A DNA stretch of 46,490 bases from Myxococcota bacterium (GTDB taxonomy: Bacteria > Myxococcota > JACRCW01), in the NCBI GenBank assembly GCA_040752415.1, contig JBFMGU010000059.1:1-46490 (forward strand), written 5' to 3'. The notes beneath the pieces were generated by a model that was not told where the DNA came from, did not search any database, and saw nothing but the letters and a program-made list of their open reading frames with translations. Every line of letters starts with the position of its first letter. Within the stretch, counting starts at the first letter, position 1. A program made the translations under genes and the position numbers. This document shows, one piece after another, positions 16,905 through 26,708 of the stretch.

Positions 16905-18998
16905 ATGGTTTCCGCACCCACCCCCTCCAAGACCACCACCACCAAGGCGGAAGTCCCCGCCTCCGAGCGGCCGCCGCTGAAGACCAAGGCGTACAAGGCC
17001 ACCGCGGCGGAGGTCCGCAAGTGGTACCGCCTCATGTACATGACGCGCCTGCTGGAGGAGCGCGCCAGCAAGTACATCCGCCTGGGCAAGGGCTGGAGCT
17101 ACCTGGCGCGCTGCGCCGGTCATGAGGGCATCCAGGTGGCGCTGGGCCTCTCCTTCCGCGCCAACAAGGACTTCCTGTTCCCGTACTACCGGGACATGGC
17201 CACCGCGGTCTCCGCCGGCATCTCGCCCTACGAGATCGTGCTGAACGGCCTGTCCAAGCGTGACGACGTGGCCAGCGGCGGCCGGCACATGTCCAACCAC
17301 TTTGCCAAGCCGTCCATCAACATCCAGAACGTCAGCAGCTGCACGGGCAACCACACCCTGCACGCCGCCGGCGTGGCGCGCGCCATCAAGTACTACGGCG
17401 CCGACGGCGTCGCCTTCAGCAGCCAGGGTGAATCCAGCGCCAGCGAGGGCTACGCGTACGAGGCGTTCAACGGCGCCAGCCGCGAGAAGCTGCCGGTGGT
17501 GTTCGTCATCCAGGCCAACGGCTACGGCATCAGCGTCCCCACCAGCGAGCAGACCGCGAACCCCGTGGTGGGCCAGAACTTCAGCGGCCTGAAGAACCTC
17601 GCCATCATCGAGTGCGACGGCACCGACATCTTCGACAGCTCCCGCGCCATGAAGGAGGCGATGGAGTACGTGAAGGCGGGCAAGGGCCCCGCGCTGGTGC
17701 ACGCCAACTGCGTCCGCATGGGCGCGCACTCCAACAGCGACGCGCACGAGCTGTACCGCACCCCCGACGAGATCAAGGAGGCGGAGCGCTTTGACCCGGT
17801 GGCGCGCCTGCGTGAGGCGGCCATTGCCATGGGCCACATGGACGAGGCCGCGGTGCGCCAGCTGGAGGCGGAGGTGCTGGCGGAGGTGGAGGACGGCTGC
17901 AACCGCGGTGACGCCGCGCCGGATCCCGACCCCGCCACCGTGCGCAACTTCATCATCCCCGAGCCGTGGAACCCGCCGGCGCAAGGGGCGCAGCCCGGTG
18001 AGCCGGAGAAGCTGCGTGAGGCCATCACGCGCACGCTGATCGAGGAGTTCAAGCACAACCCCGACACCTTCCTGTGGGGCCAGGACGTGGCCAGCAAGGA
18101 CAAGGGCGGGGTGTTCAACCTGACCAAGGGCATGCTGCAGGCCTTTGGCAACAAGCGCATCTTCAACGCGCCCATCGCGGAGGACTTCATCGTCGGCACG
18201 GCCAACGGCATGTGCCGGTTCGACCCGAAGATCCACGTCGTCATCGAGGCGGCGCAGTTCGCGGACTACGTGTGGCCGGCCATGGAGCAGATCGTGGAGA
18301 CCAGCCACGAGTACTGGCGCACCAATGGCCAGTTCGTGCCCAACATCGTCTGTCGGCTGGCCAGCGGCGGGTACATTGGCGGCGGGCCGTACCACAGCCA
18401 GACGGTGGAGCAGATCATGAGCACGTTGCCGGGGGTGCGCGTGGTGATGCCCGCGTTCGCCGACGACGCGGCGGGCCTGCTCCGCACCGCCATGCGCAGC
18501 CGCGGCGTGACGTTCTTCCTGGAGCCCAAGTTCCTCTACAACCGCCCCGAGGCGCGCGGCCCCAACATGGGATCGGAGTGGGCCATTCCGTTCGGGAAGG
18601 CGCGCGTGCGTCGGGAGGGCACGGACGTCTCCGTCATCACCTACGGCACCACCGTGCACTTCTGCCTGGACGTGGCGGAGCGGATGCAGAAGGAGATGGG
18701 GCTGTCCGTGGAGGTGGTGGACCTGCGCTGCGTGGCGCCGCTGGACGAGGAGGCCATCCTGGCCACGGTGCGCAAGACCGGGAAGGTGCTCATTGTCCAC
18801 GAGGACCGCACCTTTGGCGGCATTGGCGGCGAGGTGGCGGCCATCATCTCCGACAAGGCCTTCGAGGCCCTGGACGCCCCGATCAAGCGCGTGGGCAGCC
18901 TGGAGTCCCCGGTGCCCTTCAGCCGCATCCTGGAGAACGCCGTCCTGGTGCAGCCCGAGCAGATCCACGCCGCGCTCAAGGACCTGGCTGAGTTCTGA
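16905..18998 (+). CDS. 2-oxoacid (probably branched-chain/2-oxoisovalerate) dehydrogenase E1, fused alpha+beta subunits
   Basis: GHEGIQVA, PYYRD, GGRHMSNH, RMGAHSNSD (alpha); GQDV...GGVF, NAPIAED, GGPYHSQ, FFLEPKFLY, EVVDLR (beta). Confidence 0.92.
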   Translation: MVSAPTPSKTTTTKAEVPASERPPLKTKAYKATAAEVRKWYRLMYMTRLLEERASKYIRLGKGWSYLARCAGHEGIQVALGLSFRANKDFLFPYYRDMATAVSAGISPYEIVLNGLSKRDDVASGGRHMSNHFAKPSINIQNVSSCTGNHTLHAAGVARAIKYYGADGVAFSSQGESSASEGYAYEAFNGASREKLPVVFVIQANGYGISVPTSEQTANPVVGQNFSGLKNLAIIECDGTDIFDSSRAMKEAMEYVKAGKGPALVHANCVRMGAHSNSDAHELYRTPDEIKEAERFDPVARLREAAIAMGHMDEAAVRQLEAEVLAEVEDGCNRGDAAPDPDPATVRNFIIPEPWNPPAQGAQPGEPEKLREAITRTLIEEFKHNPDTFLWGQDVASKDKGGVFNLTKGMLQAFGNKRIFNAPIAEDFIVGTANGMCRFDPKIHVVIEAAQFADYVWPAMEQIVETSHEYWRTNGQFVPNIVCRLASGGYIGGGPYHSQTVEQIMSTLPGVRVVMPAFADDAAGLLRTAMRSRGVTFFLEPKFLYNRPEARGPNMGSEWAIPFGKARVRREGTDVSVITYGTTVHFCLDVAERMQKEMGLSVEVVDLRCVAPLDEEAILATVRKTGKVLIVHEDRTFGGIGGEVAAIISDKAFEALDAPIKRVGSLESPVPFSRILENAVLVQPEQIHAALKDLAEF

Positions 18999-19119
18999 GC
19001 CGTCCCAGCGGAGCCCCGTGCGACCCGGTTGTTTTGTGGGGCGGGACCGGGGGCTGGCCTAACATGGCTTCGGTCTGGGCGGGGTGCAGCGGGGCCACGC
19101 CCAGCGTCGGAGGGTGGCA

Positions 19120-21048
19120 ATGACAGGGGCTCCTCCCAAGCAGGGTACGCCGGGCGCTCCCACGGAAGCGGCCGCGCCGGCCGTCATGGCCTCGGGCAAG
19201 GAGCTGGCCATCCAGTTCATGGCGGCGTTCCAGAAGACGGTGCGCTCCGCCAACCTCTACGCCCGCAACAACCAGCTCCTCGCCAAGTTCCACCATGACA
19301 CCTTCAACATGTTCACCGCGCTGTCCAAGGAGCGCGGGGACCTGGAGTTTGGCGTCCGCGCCGACCGGCTCACCCTGGGCGGCGAGGTGGTGCTGCAGGA
19401 CGGCGACCGCGAGAGCGGCATCCCGTTCCGCCTCTACCGGGAGGGCATCCGGCGCCTGACCTTGGAAGCCGGGATGACGCCACCGGAGATGCATGAGCTG
19501 GTGGCCATCCTGGGCGCGCCTTCCCGCACCAGCTCCTTCGAGGAAGACCTGGTGACCATGCTGTGGAAGGCCAACCTGCAGCACGTCAAGTACGTCACCG
19601 TCGACATCAGCAGCGCCGCGTACACCACACCGGGCGCCGCCGCGCAGGAGACGCAGGAGCAGGAGAGCGACCAGGACGCCGCCGTGCGTCGGGAGCTGGA
19701 TGCGCTGCTGGGGGCCATCTACCAGGGCGGTCGGACCCCCGCCGGCGGGGAAGACGCGGTGCGCGGGCTGTCCATCAGCGTCGACGATCTGCTGGCGCTG
19801 AAGGCCCTGGGCAATGAGCGTCAGGGAGAGCTGGAGACGCTGCAACACGCCACCTCGCGGGACATCGTGACGGTGGATGAGCCGCGCCTGGAGGCCATCC
19901 GCAAAGAGCTCAGCGACGAGAGCGACGCCGCCCTGACCGACCGCGCGCTCGACGTCATGCTCAACGTGCTGTTCCGCGTGAAGAGCGGCGCGGAGAGCCG
20001 CAAGGTGCTGGACCAGCTGGTGGCGCTGTTTGACAGCCTGCTGGTGAGCCGGGATTTCCGCACCGCCGCGGGTCTCGTCGACCGGGTGCGCTCCCACGCC
20101 TCCAGCAACCCGTCGCTCACCGACCCCAACGCGCTGAAGAACCTCACCATCGTCCGGCAGCTCATGAAGGTGTTCACCGGTGAGCAGCGTCTCACCGCGG
20201 TGGCGGTGGCGCTCAATGAGACGCAGCAGCAGGCGGGCACCTCCATGGCCGACCTGGCGCGTCTGCTCACCGGTCTGGGCCAGGACTCGCCGGCGTCGCT
20301 CTTGACCATGCTCAGCGGCATCCAGAACCCGCAGCACCGTCGTCTGCTGTGCGACGTGGTGCTGGGCATTGGCCTGCCCCCCGCCAGCGTGCTGGCGCCG
20401 TACGTGAACCACAGTGAATGGTTCGTGGGTCGTGACGTGCTGTACCTGCTGGGCCACAGCAAGGAGGAGGAGGCGCAGAAGCTGGTGCTGGAGAGCTGCG
20501 GCAGTCAGCACCCGCGCCTGCGTCAGACCGCGGTGAGCATGCTGGGGCGCTTCCCGCCCGGCGCCGCCGACGCCAAGGTCCTGGTGGCACTCACCGACGC
20601 CGACGCCGGCGTGCGCCAGGTGGCCTTGAAGGTGGCGGCGCAAAGGCATCTCACGGCGGCGGTGGAGGTGCTCAAGACCGTCATCTCCAACCCCGGCTTC
20701 GAGGAGCGCGACCTGGCCGAGATCCGCAGCTTCCTGATGGCCTACGCCATGCTGGGCGGCGAGGACGCCGTGGCCGCGCTGGACCGCATCCTCAACCCGC
20801 CGCTCCTGCAGAAGGGCGCCGCGCTCTTGGACCGGCTGCGCAACAGCGTCGACGCCGCGGCGGATTCCCAGAAGGTGGACCTGCGCATTGCCGCCGCCGC
20901 GGCGCTGGGCGCCATTGATTCCCCCGCCGCCACCGGCAGCCTGCAGAAGGGCGCCAAGAGCGTGATTCCCGCCGTGAAGGCCGCGTGCCTCAAGGCGCTC
21001 AACAAGGGCGTGGAGCCCACTCCCGCCGCCCCGGAGAAGAAGGCATGA
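19120..21048 (+). CDS. HEAT-repeat protein
   Basis: GGAGG RBS; C-terminal HEAT-like repeats (HPRLRQTAVSMLG, DADAGVRQVAL, LRIAAAAALGAI). Confidence 0.8.
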   Translation: MTGAPPKQGTPGAPTEAAAPAVMASGKELAIQFMAAFQKTVRSANLYARNNQLLAKFHHDTFNMFTALSKERGDLEFGVRADRLTLGGEVVLQDGDRESGIPFRLYREGIRRLTLEAGMTPPEMHELVAILGAPSRTSSFEEDLVTMLWKANLQHVKYVTVDISSAAYTTPGAAAQETQEQESDQDAAVRRELDALLGAIYQGGRTPAGGEDAVRGLSISVDDLLALKALGNERQGELETLQHATSRDIVTVDEPRLEAIRKELSDESDAALTDRALDVMLNVLFRVKSGAESRKVLDQLVALFDSLLVSRDFRTAAGLVDRVRSHASSNPSLTDPNALKNLTIVRQLMKVFTGEQRLTAVAVALNETQQQAGTSMADLARLLTGLGQDSPASLLTMLSGIQNPQHRRLLCDVVLGIGLPPASVLAPYVNHSEWFVGRDVLYLLGHSKEEEAQKLVLESCGSQHPRLRQTAVSMLGRFPPGAADAKVLVALTDADAGVRQVALKVAAQRHLTAAVEVLKTVISNPGFEERDLAEIRSFLMAYAMLGGEDAVAALDRILNPPLLQKGAALLDRLRNSVDAAADSQKVDLRIAAAAALGAIDSPAATGSLQKGAKSVIPAVKAACLKALNKGVEPTPAAPEKKA

Positions 21049-22499
21049 ACGAGAAGCCTGCTTCCCCCAAGCCCGAGGGGCGCAACGCCGCCCACGTCCA
21101 GTCCATGGGCAAGACGCTGGTGGGCCAGCTCTACATGGTGCTGCGAACCATCCGCATCCATGACACCGGCAACCAGACCGTCATGCTGGCCACCGAGCAC
21201 CTCAAGGACACGCTGAACCTGGTGTGGGGCGCGCTGGGGGAGGTGAAGCTGGAGCTCGTCGAGGACCAGGCCTATCTCAATGACGTGCGCCTCCGCATCG
21301 ACGCGCAGAGCCAGGACAACGTCAAGGAGCTGGGCAACGAGTTCCGCGCGCGCGGACTGGGCGGGCTGACCTTCAAGCGCCCCGTCACCACCGACGGAAT
21401 CCGCCAGCTCACGCGTGTCTTCGCGCAGGTCAGCGGTGATGACGGAGATGCCGCCGGCCAGATGCGCGAGAAGCTGCTGCAGCTGCGCGACCTCGCGGTG
21501 GAGATCCTCGGGCCCCGTCGCTTCCAGGCGGAGAACCAGCCGCAGCAGGACGTGGCCATTGACCCGCGGCTGTGGGCGCTGCAGACGTACGCCAAGGCCG
21601 TGATGGCGGTGAAGCGCTTCGTCCAGGAGTCTTCCGACGACAAGGCGCAGGAGACCAACGATCCGCGTCTCAAGCTCACGCGCATCGTGCAGGACCTCGT
21701 CGACATCGGCAGTCAGCGCGTCAACCTGCTGCTCAAGCTCATCAACATCAAGGACTGCACCGACTACGTGTACAACCACGCCGTCAACGTGGGGGTGCTC
21801 TCCATTGCCATGGGTCGGGCGCTGGGGCTGCCGCGCGCGGACCTGGTGGACCTGGGACTGTCCGGCATCACCGCGGACCTGGGCTTCACGCAGGGCCTGA
21901 TGGACGCCATGGAGAAGGCCCACGTCGACGAGAAGGCGCGCGAGAGCCTGCACGAGCACTCCATCCGCGCGGTGCGCCTGTTGCTGGGTCGCGGAGCGCT
22001 GACGCGGGCGTCCATGCGCCGCATCATCACGGCGTTCGAGCACCACGTGCACTACGACCTCAAGGGCGGCTACCCGGAGCAGGACAGTCGTCGTCCGCTG
22101 CACCTGTTCTCACGCATTGTGCAGATTGCGGACTCGTTTGACGCGCTCACCACCAACCGCCCCTGGCGTGAGGCGTACAGCCCCGGTGAGGCGCTGCAGA
22201 TGCTGCGTCAGGACGCGGGCAAGAAGTTCGATCCGGTGTTGCTCAAGGTCTTCATCAACATGCTCGGCATCTACCCGCTGGGGATGACGGTGCGGCTGAG
22301 CAACGGCGAGCTGGCGGTGGTCTATCACAACCCCGACAACCCCGAGCTGTTTGACCGTCCCTACGTGAAGGTCACGCACGACCCGACGGGTCTGGCGGTC
22401 TCCCGCTCCCTGATCCGCGACCTCTCCGAGCAGAACCCCGACGGCAGCTTCAAGCACAGCATCCTGCACGCCGTGGAGGACGCGCCGGTTCCCGCGTAG
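21045..22499 (+). CDS. HD-GYP domain protein with a degenerate HD dyad
   Basis: ATGA overlap with the HEAT gene; YNHAVNV, ITADLG in place of LHDxG, EHH...GGYP, IADSFDALTTNRPWR, KFDP, GIYPLGMTVRLSNGELAVV. Confidence 0.88.
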   Translation: MNEKPASPKPEGRNAAHVQSMGKTLVGQLYMVLRTIRIHDTGNQTVMLATEHLKDTLNLVWGALGEVKLELVEDQAYLNDVRLRIDAQSQDNVKELGNEFRARGLGGLTFKRPVTTDGIRQLTRVFAQVSGDDGDAAGQMREKLLQLRDLAVEILGPRRFQAENQPQQDVAIDPRLWALQTYAKAVMAVKRFVQESSDDKAQETNDPRLKLTRIVQDLVDIGSQRVNLLLKLINIKDCTDYVYNHAVNVGVLSIAMGRALGLPRADLVDLGLSGITADLGFTQGLMDAMEKAHVDEKARESLHEHSIRAVRLLLGRGALTRASMRRIITAFEHHVHYDLKGGYPEQDSRRPLHLFSRIVQIADSFDALTTNRPWREAYSPGEALQMLRQDAGKKFDPVLLKVFINMLGIYPLGMTVRLSNGELAVVYHNPDNPELFDRPYVKVTHDPTGLAVSRSLIRDLSEQNPDGSFKHSILHAVEDAPVPA

Positions 22500-22500
22500 C

Positions 22501-24516
22501 TCAGTGCTCCGCGCGCGCTTCCTTGGGTCTCACGCGCACCTCGATGGCGGAGAAGGTCCCGCGCCCGTCGGAGTCCAGCGTGCGCGCGGTGATGGCGGAC
22601 GCCTCCTGCGCCGGCAGCGGCAGGGTGACTTCCAGCGTGTTCGTGGGCCACAGCGCCCAGTCACGCGCCAGGTTGCAGGCGGTGATGAGGTTGGTGGCCG
22701 GACCGTTCACCACCTGTCCCGACGTCGTGATGATGGACGCCTGCATCCGACAAGGCGCGTTGGCCAGCGCGGTGACGTCCTGCCAGTAGATCACCGACGA
22801 GAGCACCGTGGGCCACACCAGCTCCATCTTCAGCTCCGAGCCCGCGGGCAGCGTCACCGCCGTCTCCACGTCGCCGTCAATGGCGGCGGAGCGCTCCCGT
22901 CGCGCGTGCTCCCACACAATGGGCGAGGGTCGGGGCGGCCAGCTCAATCCCGTGGTGATGCGCGCCAGGAACGGCCCCACCACCTCACGCTGGGGGACGC
23001 GACGCAGGCGCTCCAGGGCCTCGTCGAGCGCGCGGGCTTCCTCCACCTCCTCTGGTGCAAAGAAGTACGCGCGGCGGCCCGTGGCGGCGTCGGCGCGCCA
23101 GCGGGGAGCCAGGTCCGGACCGCGCAGCGCCACGCAGCGGTGTCGACCGGCGCTGGCCATGGACACGCGGTAGGCCAGGGGTGAGGCGGCGTAGCACTTG
23201 AGGCCCGGTGTGCGGTCCAGGAAGGCCACCGCGTCGTCGACGGGAACGTCCGCGCCCACCTCCCGGCTCGGCGGCAGCGTGGTGGGGTCCACCTGCACGA
23301 GCAGCAGCACCACCGGGATCACCGTGAGCACCGCGCTCCGTGCTGAAGCGGCACCCAACGCCGCCACCGCGGGAAGACACGCCACCAGCGGGAGCGCGCG
23401 GTAGGCCGCCTCGTCGGGATTGTCTCCGGCGGACAACGTGAGCAGCGCGCTCACCGTCGAGGTCACCAGCACCCCCGCGCCCAGCCGCGCCGCCGGGTCG
23501 TCCACGCCGTTGAGCACCAGGCGCGCAAACGTGCCGAACGCCGCCAGCACCATCATCACGCCCACCAGCGTCGACGCGTGCGGGCTTCCCAGGAAGGTCT
23601 CCAGCCAACCCGCCGCCGCCGTGGCGCCGTGGGTCACGGTGGCCAACGGGAGCTCCGTGCGCGGGCTGGGCAGGCCCTTGAGTCCCTGCGTCCACAACAC
23701 CGGGCTCGCGCCCAGCAGCATGCCCACCAGGAAGCGCCAGCCGTGACGGACCGCGCTGAGCAGGCGCAGCGGGCTCCACAACACGCCCAGCAGTCCCAGC
23801 GCCACCGACGCGCTGGCCCCCACGGCGAACGCCACCAGCGACGGGTGCGCCAGCACCGCCAGCCCACACAGCACGCCCGTGACCATGCTCAGCCGACGTG
23901 GCTCATTGAGCGAAACACCCGCCGCGCCGCCCAGCGCCAGCAGGCCCAGCATGGTGCCCAGCGAGACGCCGCCGAGGGCGCGCGCGAGCATGGCGGTGGG
24001 ACCGGGGAGGGCCAGCGCCGTCGTCAGCGCGGCAACCAGGGCAGCCTGCGCGCCCAGCCAGCGGCCCGCCATGGCCACCGCCACCACCGCCGTGCCCGCC
24101 GCGGTGGCCCAGGGAACCAGGCGCAGCGTGTCGGCGCCCTCATCCAGCAGGGAGAACACCGCGGCGGCAGCCAGGGGCTCCAGCGCGCCCTGGAACGGTC
24201 GGCCCCACAGGAACAGCTGCGGGAAGTCCTCCCAGAAGCTGCGCGCCATGAGGCCCACCACGCTCTCGGTGGCGTCGAGCGGGCCCAGGCCGCCCAGGGG
24301 GCCCACCATGAAGCGCCACAGCCACCCCATGGCCAGCGCCACCACCGCCACCGGGCCGCACACGCGCGCCCACGAGATGCTCAGGCCGAAGCGCGAGGGC
24401 TTCACCGGCGGCGTGGGCTGAACTGCGGAGGGAGTGGGGGCGGGAACAGGGGTGTTCGCGTCCGGAGACGGCGACGTGGGCTCCTCGACACCGGATGAAC
24501 CCGCCTCCTGCGTCAC
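22501..24516 (-). CDS. Polytopic membrane protein, probable GT-C (ArnT/PMT-like) glycosyltransferase
   Basis: Many TM helices; loop LDATESVVGLMAR...FLWGRPFQGALE typical of GT-C first loops; soluble C-terminal domain. GTG start uncertain. Confidence 0.6.
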   Translation of the reverse strand: MTQEAGSSGVEEPTSPSPDANTPVPAPTPSAVQPTPPVKPSRFGLSISWARVCGPVAVVALAMGWLWRFMVGPLGGLGPLDATESVVGLMARSFWEDFPQLFLWGRPFQGALEPLAAAAVFSLLDEGADTLRLVPWATAAGTAVVAVAMAGRWLGAQAALVAALTTALALPGPTAMLARALGGVSLGTMLGLLALGGAAGVSLNEPRRLSMVTGVLCGLAVLAHPSLVAFAVGASASVALGLLGVLWSPLRLLSAVRHGWRFLVGMLLGASPVLWTQGLKGLPSPRTELPLATVTHGATAAAGWLETFLGSPHASTLVGVMMVLAAFGTFARLVLNGVDDPAARLGAGVLVTSTVSALLTLSAGDNPDEAAYRALPLVACLPAVAALGAASARSAVLTVIPVVLLLVQVDPTTLPPSREVGADVPVDDAVAFLDRTPGLKCYAASPLAYRVSMASAGRHRCVALRGPDLAPRWRADAATGRRAYFFAPEEVEEARALDEALERLRRVPQREVVGPFLARITTGLSWPPRPSPIVWEHARRERSAAIDGDVETAVTLPAGSELKMELVWPTVLSSVIYWQDVTALANAPCRMQASIITTSGQVVNGPATNLITACNLARDWALWPTNTLEVTLPLPAQEASAITARTLDSDGRGTFSAIEVRVRPKEARAEH

Positions 24517-24643
24517 GTCGTCGACTCTCCGGGTCCGCGGGGAGGCGGACGAGCGGCGTCATGTACTCCATCCGCGCCAGGTTGTCCTTCCGTTCCGCCA
24601 CGCGCCTTGACGGGCGCACGTCCCTCCACCAACGCTGCCGCTC

Positions 24644-25990
24644 ATGCTTCGCCTGACGCTCCGCTGGCTGCCCCCGGCCGTGTTGGCCACGCTCTGGTGC
24701 GCGCAGGTGCGCGCGGGTGGGCAGTACGAGCTGTTTGGCGTGAACCCGCGCGGCAAGGGCATGGCCGGCGCGCAGACCGCCGTCACCGACGACGCTTCCG
24801 CCACCTACTACAACCCCGCGGGCCTGGCGGAGCTGCGCGGCGCACACGGGTTTGTCGCCGTGGCGGGCAACTACAACGCGGTCTACGTGGACCTGGACCG
24901 CCCGCTCCCCGAGGACGACTGGCGCCAACCCCGGATGCCCGAGCACTACGCGGGACTGACCCTGGGCGGCGCGGTGCCGCTGGGCGGGCGGGTGAACCGC
25001 ATCATCATCGGCGCCAGCGCGTATGCGCCGCGGAAGCACGTGCTCACCGTGCGCACGCTGGACCCCGCGCAACCGCACTTCTACTTCTACGAGGCCCAAC
25101 CCGACCGGTATGAGCTGCTCCCCGCCGTCGGGTTGCGCATCACGGACTTCGTGAAGGTGGGGGCGGGGTTGCGCATGGGCGGCGGCATCCGCGGGCCCAC
25201 CACGGCGTCGTTGGACCCGCTGCTGGGGCGGAACACGCGCAAGGAGTTCGACGGTGAGCTCTACTACGTCTTCGCTCCGACGGGCGGCATCATCCTGGGG
25301 CCGTTCTTCGGCTTCCGCTTTGGCGTCACGGCGCGCGGGCCGGTGCAGGTGCCCATTGACATCCCCACCACCATCCACGCCGACGGGATGGACGCCGACG
25401 TGCTGCTCATCTTCCGCGCGAACACGAACTACACGCCGCCCACGGCGAGCATGGGGGTGAGCTGGACGGGGCTGCGGGACCAGCTCGTGTTGTCGTTGGA
25501 CCTCCAGTACTCGTGGTGGTCGCTGGCCACGGACCCCACGGTGCAATTCACGCTGGATGGGAGCGGGGAGGACCTGGACACCCTCGGTCTTGACGAGCAG
25601 CTGGACAGCCCGGCGGTGGGACAGGAGCGGAAGACGCGGCTGGGGCTGCGGGACATCCTGGTGCCGCGCGCGGGCTTTGAGTGGCGCATCCTGGACGACT
25701 GGGTGCGCGTGCGTGGTGGCACGTACTTCCGTCCGTCGCCGGTGCCCAACCAGACCAGCGGGAGCAACTACCTGGACAACAACGCGTGGGCCGTGACGGG
25801 GAGCCTGTGCGTGCGCGTCCCCGACCCGCTGAAACTGGTGGCGAATCCGGTGGCGCTGGAGGCGTCATTGCAGTCCATCACGCTGATGGAACGCCGCGTG
25901 CGCAAGGAATCCGACGACGACGCGATTGGCGGCTACCGCTTTGGCGGACAGATCTACGAGGCCGCGGTGGGATTCCACTATCAGTTCTGA
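24644..25990 (+). CDS. OmpP1/FadL/TodX-family outer-membrane transporter
   Basis: Signal peptide; GMAGAQTAVTDDASATYYNPAGLA hatch motif; terminal Phe (FHYQF). Confidence 0.9.
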   Translation: MLRLTLRWLPPAVLATLWCAQVRAGGQYELFGVNPRGKGMAGAQTAVTDDASATYYNPAGLAELRGAHGFVAVAGNYNAVYVDLDRPLPEDDWRQPRMPEHYAGLTLGGAVPLGGRVNRIIIGASAYAPRKHVLTVRTLDPAQPHFYFYEAQPDRYELLPAVGLRITDFVKVGAGLRMGGGIRGPTTASLDPLLGRNTRKEFDGELYYVFAPTGGIILGPFFGFRFGVTARGPVQVPIDIPTTIHADGMDADVLLIFRANTNYTPPTASMGVSWTGLRDQLVLSLDLQYSWWSLATDPTVQFTLDGSGEDLDTLGLDEQLDSPAVGQERKTRLGLRDILVPRAGFEWRILDDWVRVRGGTYFRPSPVPNQTSGSNYLDNNAWAVTGSLCVRVPDPLKLVANPVALEASLQSITLMERRVRKESDDDAIGGYRFGGQIYEAAVGFHYQF

Positions 25991-25997
25991 GCTGAGG

Positions 25998-26137
25998 CAA
26001 AGCGGTACTTCATACCGCAGTCCGAAAGTGCGGCCGCCGTTCACGTCGTTGTTCCGGGGGGGCCGCACGTCGTGCCGGAAATGACGTCGCTGCAGAGAGG
26101 CCGGCACTTTCGGACTGCGGTATGAAGTACCGCTTTG
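25998..26137. repeat. REP doublet (REPIN-like) with perfect 34-bp inverted arms, between convergent genes
   Basis: CAAAGCGGTACTTCATACCGCAGTCCGAAAGTGC (25998-26031) and its reverse complement (26104-26137); 26/31 identical to the RAYT-flanking REP. Confidence 0.9.
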
Positions 26138-26139
26138 GC

Positions 26140-26697
26140 TCAGCTCGAAGTGAGCCCCAGCAACGGGAACAGCACGCCCGCCCACAACGCGTACGCCTCG
26201 CGCGAGAGGTGCAGCCCATCCGGCAGCAGCTCCGGGCGCGTCTCTCCGTTCTCGTCGACAAACAGGTTCCCGCAGTCCACCACGCGCACCGCCTCTCCAC
26301 CCGCCAGCGCGTTCAGCAGCGCGTTGGTCTGCTCGTTCTTCCGTCGCAGCGGTGAGCCCGCGCGGTCCGTGGGGAAGATGCTGAACAGGATGATCCGCGC
26401 GCGTGGAATCTGTTTCCTCATCTCCCGCACGACGTCGGCGATGTTCTCCGCCACGTGCTCCGCCTTCACCTGTCGGTCATTCGCGCCCACCTGCAGCACC
26501 ACGACGTCCGGCCTGAGCCCGCGCAGGAACCCGTTCTGCACGCGCCACATGAGCTGCCCGCTGGTCTCTCCCGGGATGCCCAGGTTCAGCGCGCCCGCTG
26601 GCTCCAACACGTTCGTCCACACGTCGGTGGCCACGCTGCGCCACCCCTCGATGATCGACGCGCCCACAAACAGGATGCGGACCTCTTCATTGCGCAT
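26140..26697 (-). CDS. SGNH/GDSL hydrolase (PAF-acetylhydrolase-like)
   Basis: Block I FVGASI, block II NLGIPGE, block III VGAND, block V DGLH. Confidence 0.85.
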   Translation of the reverse strand: MRNEEVRILFVGASIIEGWRSVATDVWTNVLEPAGALNLGIPGETSGQLMWRVQNGFLRGLRPDVVVLQVGANDRQVKAEHVAENIADVVREMRKQIPRARIILFSIFPTDRAGSPLRRKNEQTNALLNALAGGEAVRVVDCGNLFVDENGETRPELLPDGLHLSREAYALWAGVLFPLLGLTSS

Positions 26698-26708
26698 GGC
26701 CGTGATTC

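Noticed and set aside
26660..26680. SGNH block I reads GAS instead of GDS, possibly inactive
   Set aside because: Catalytic Ser, oxyanion Gly/Asn and DxxH are all retained.
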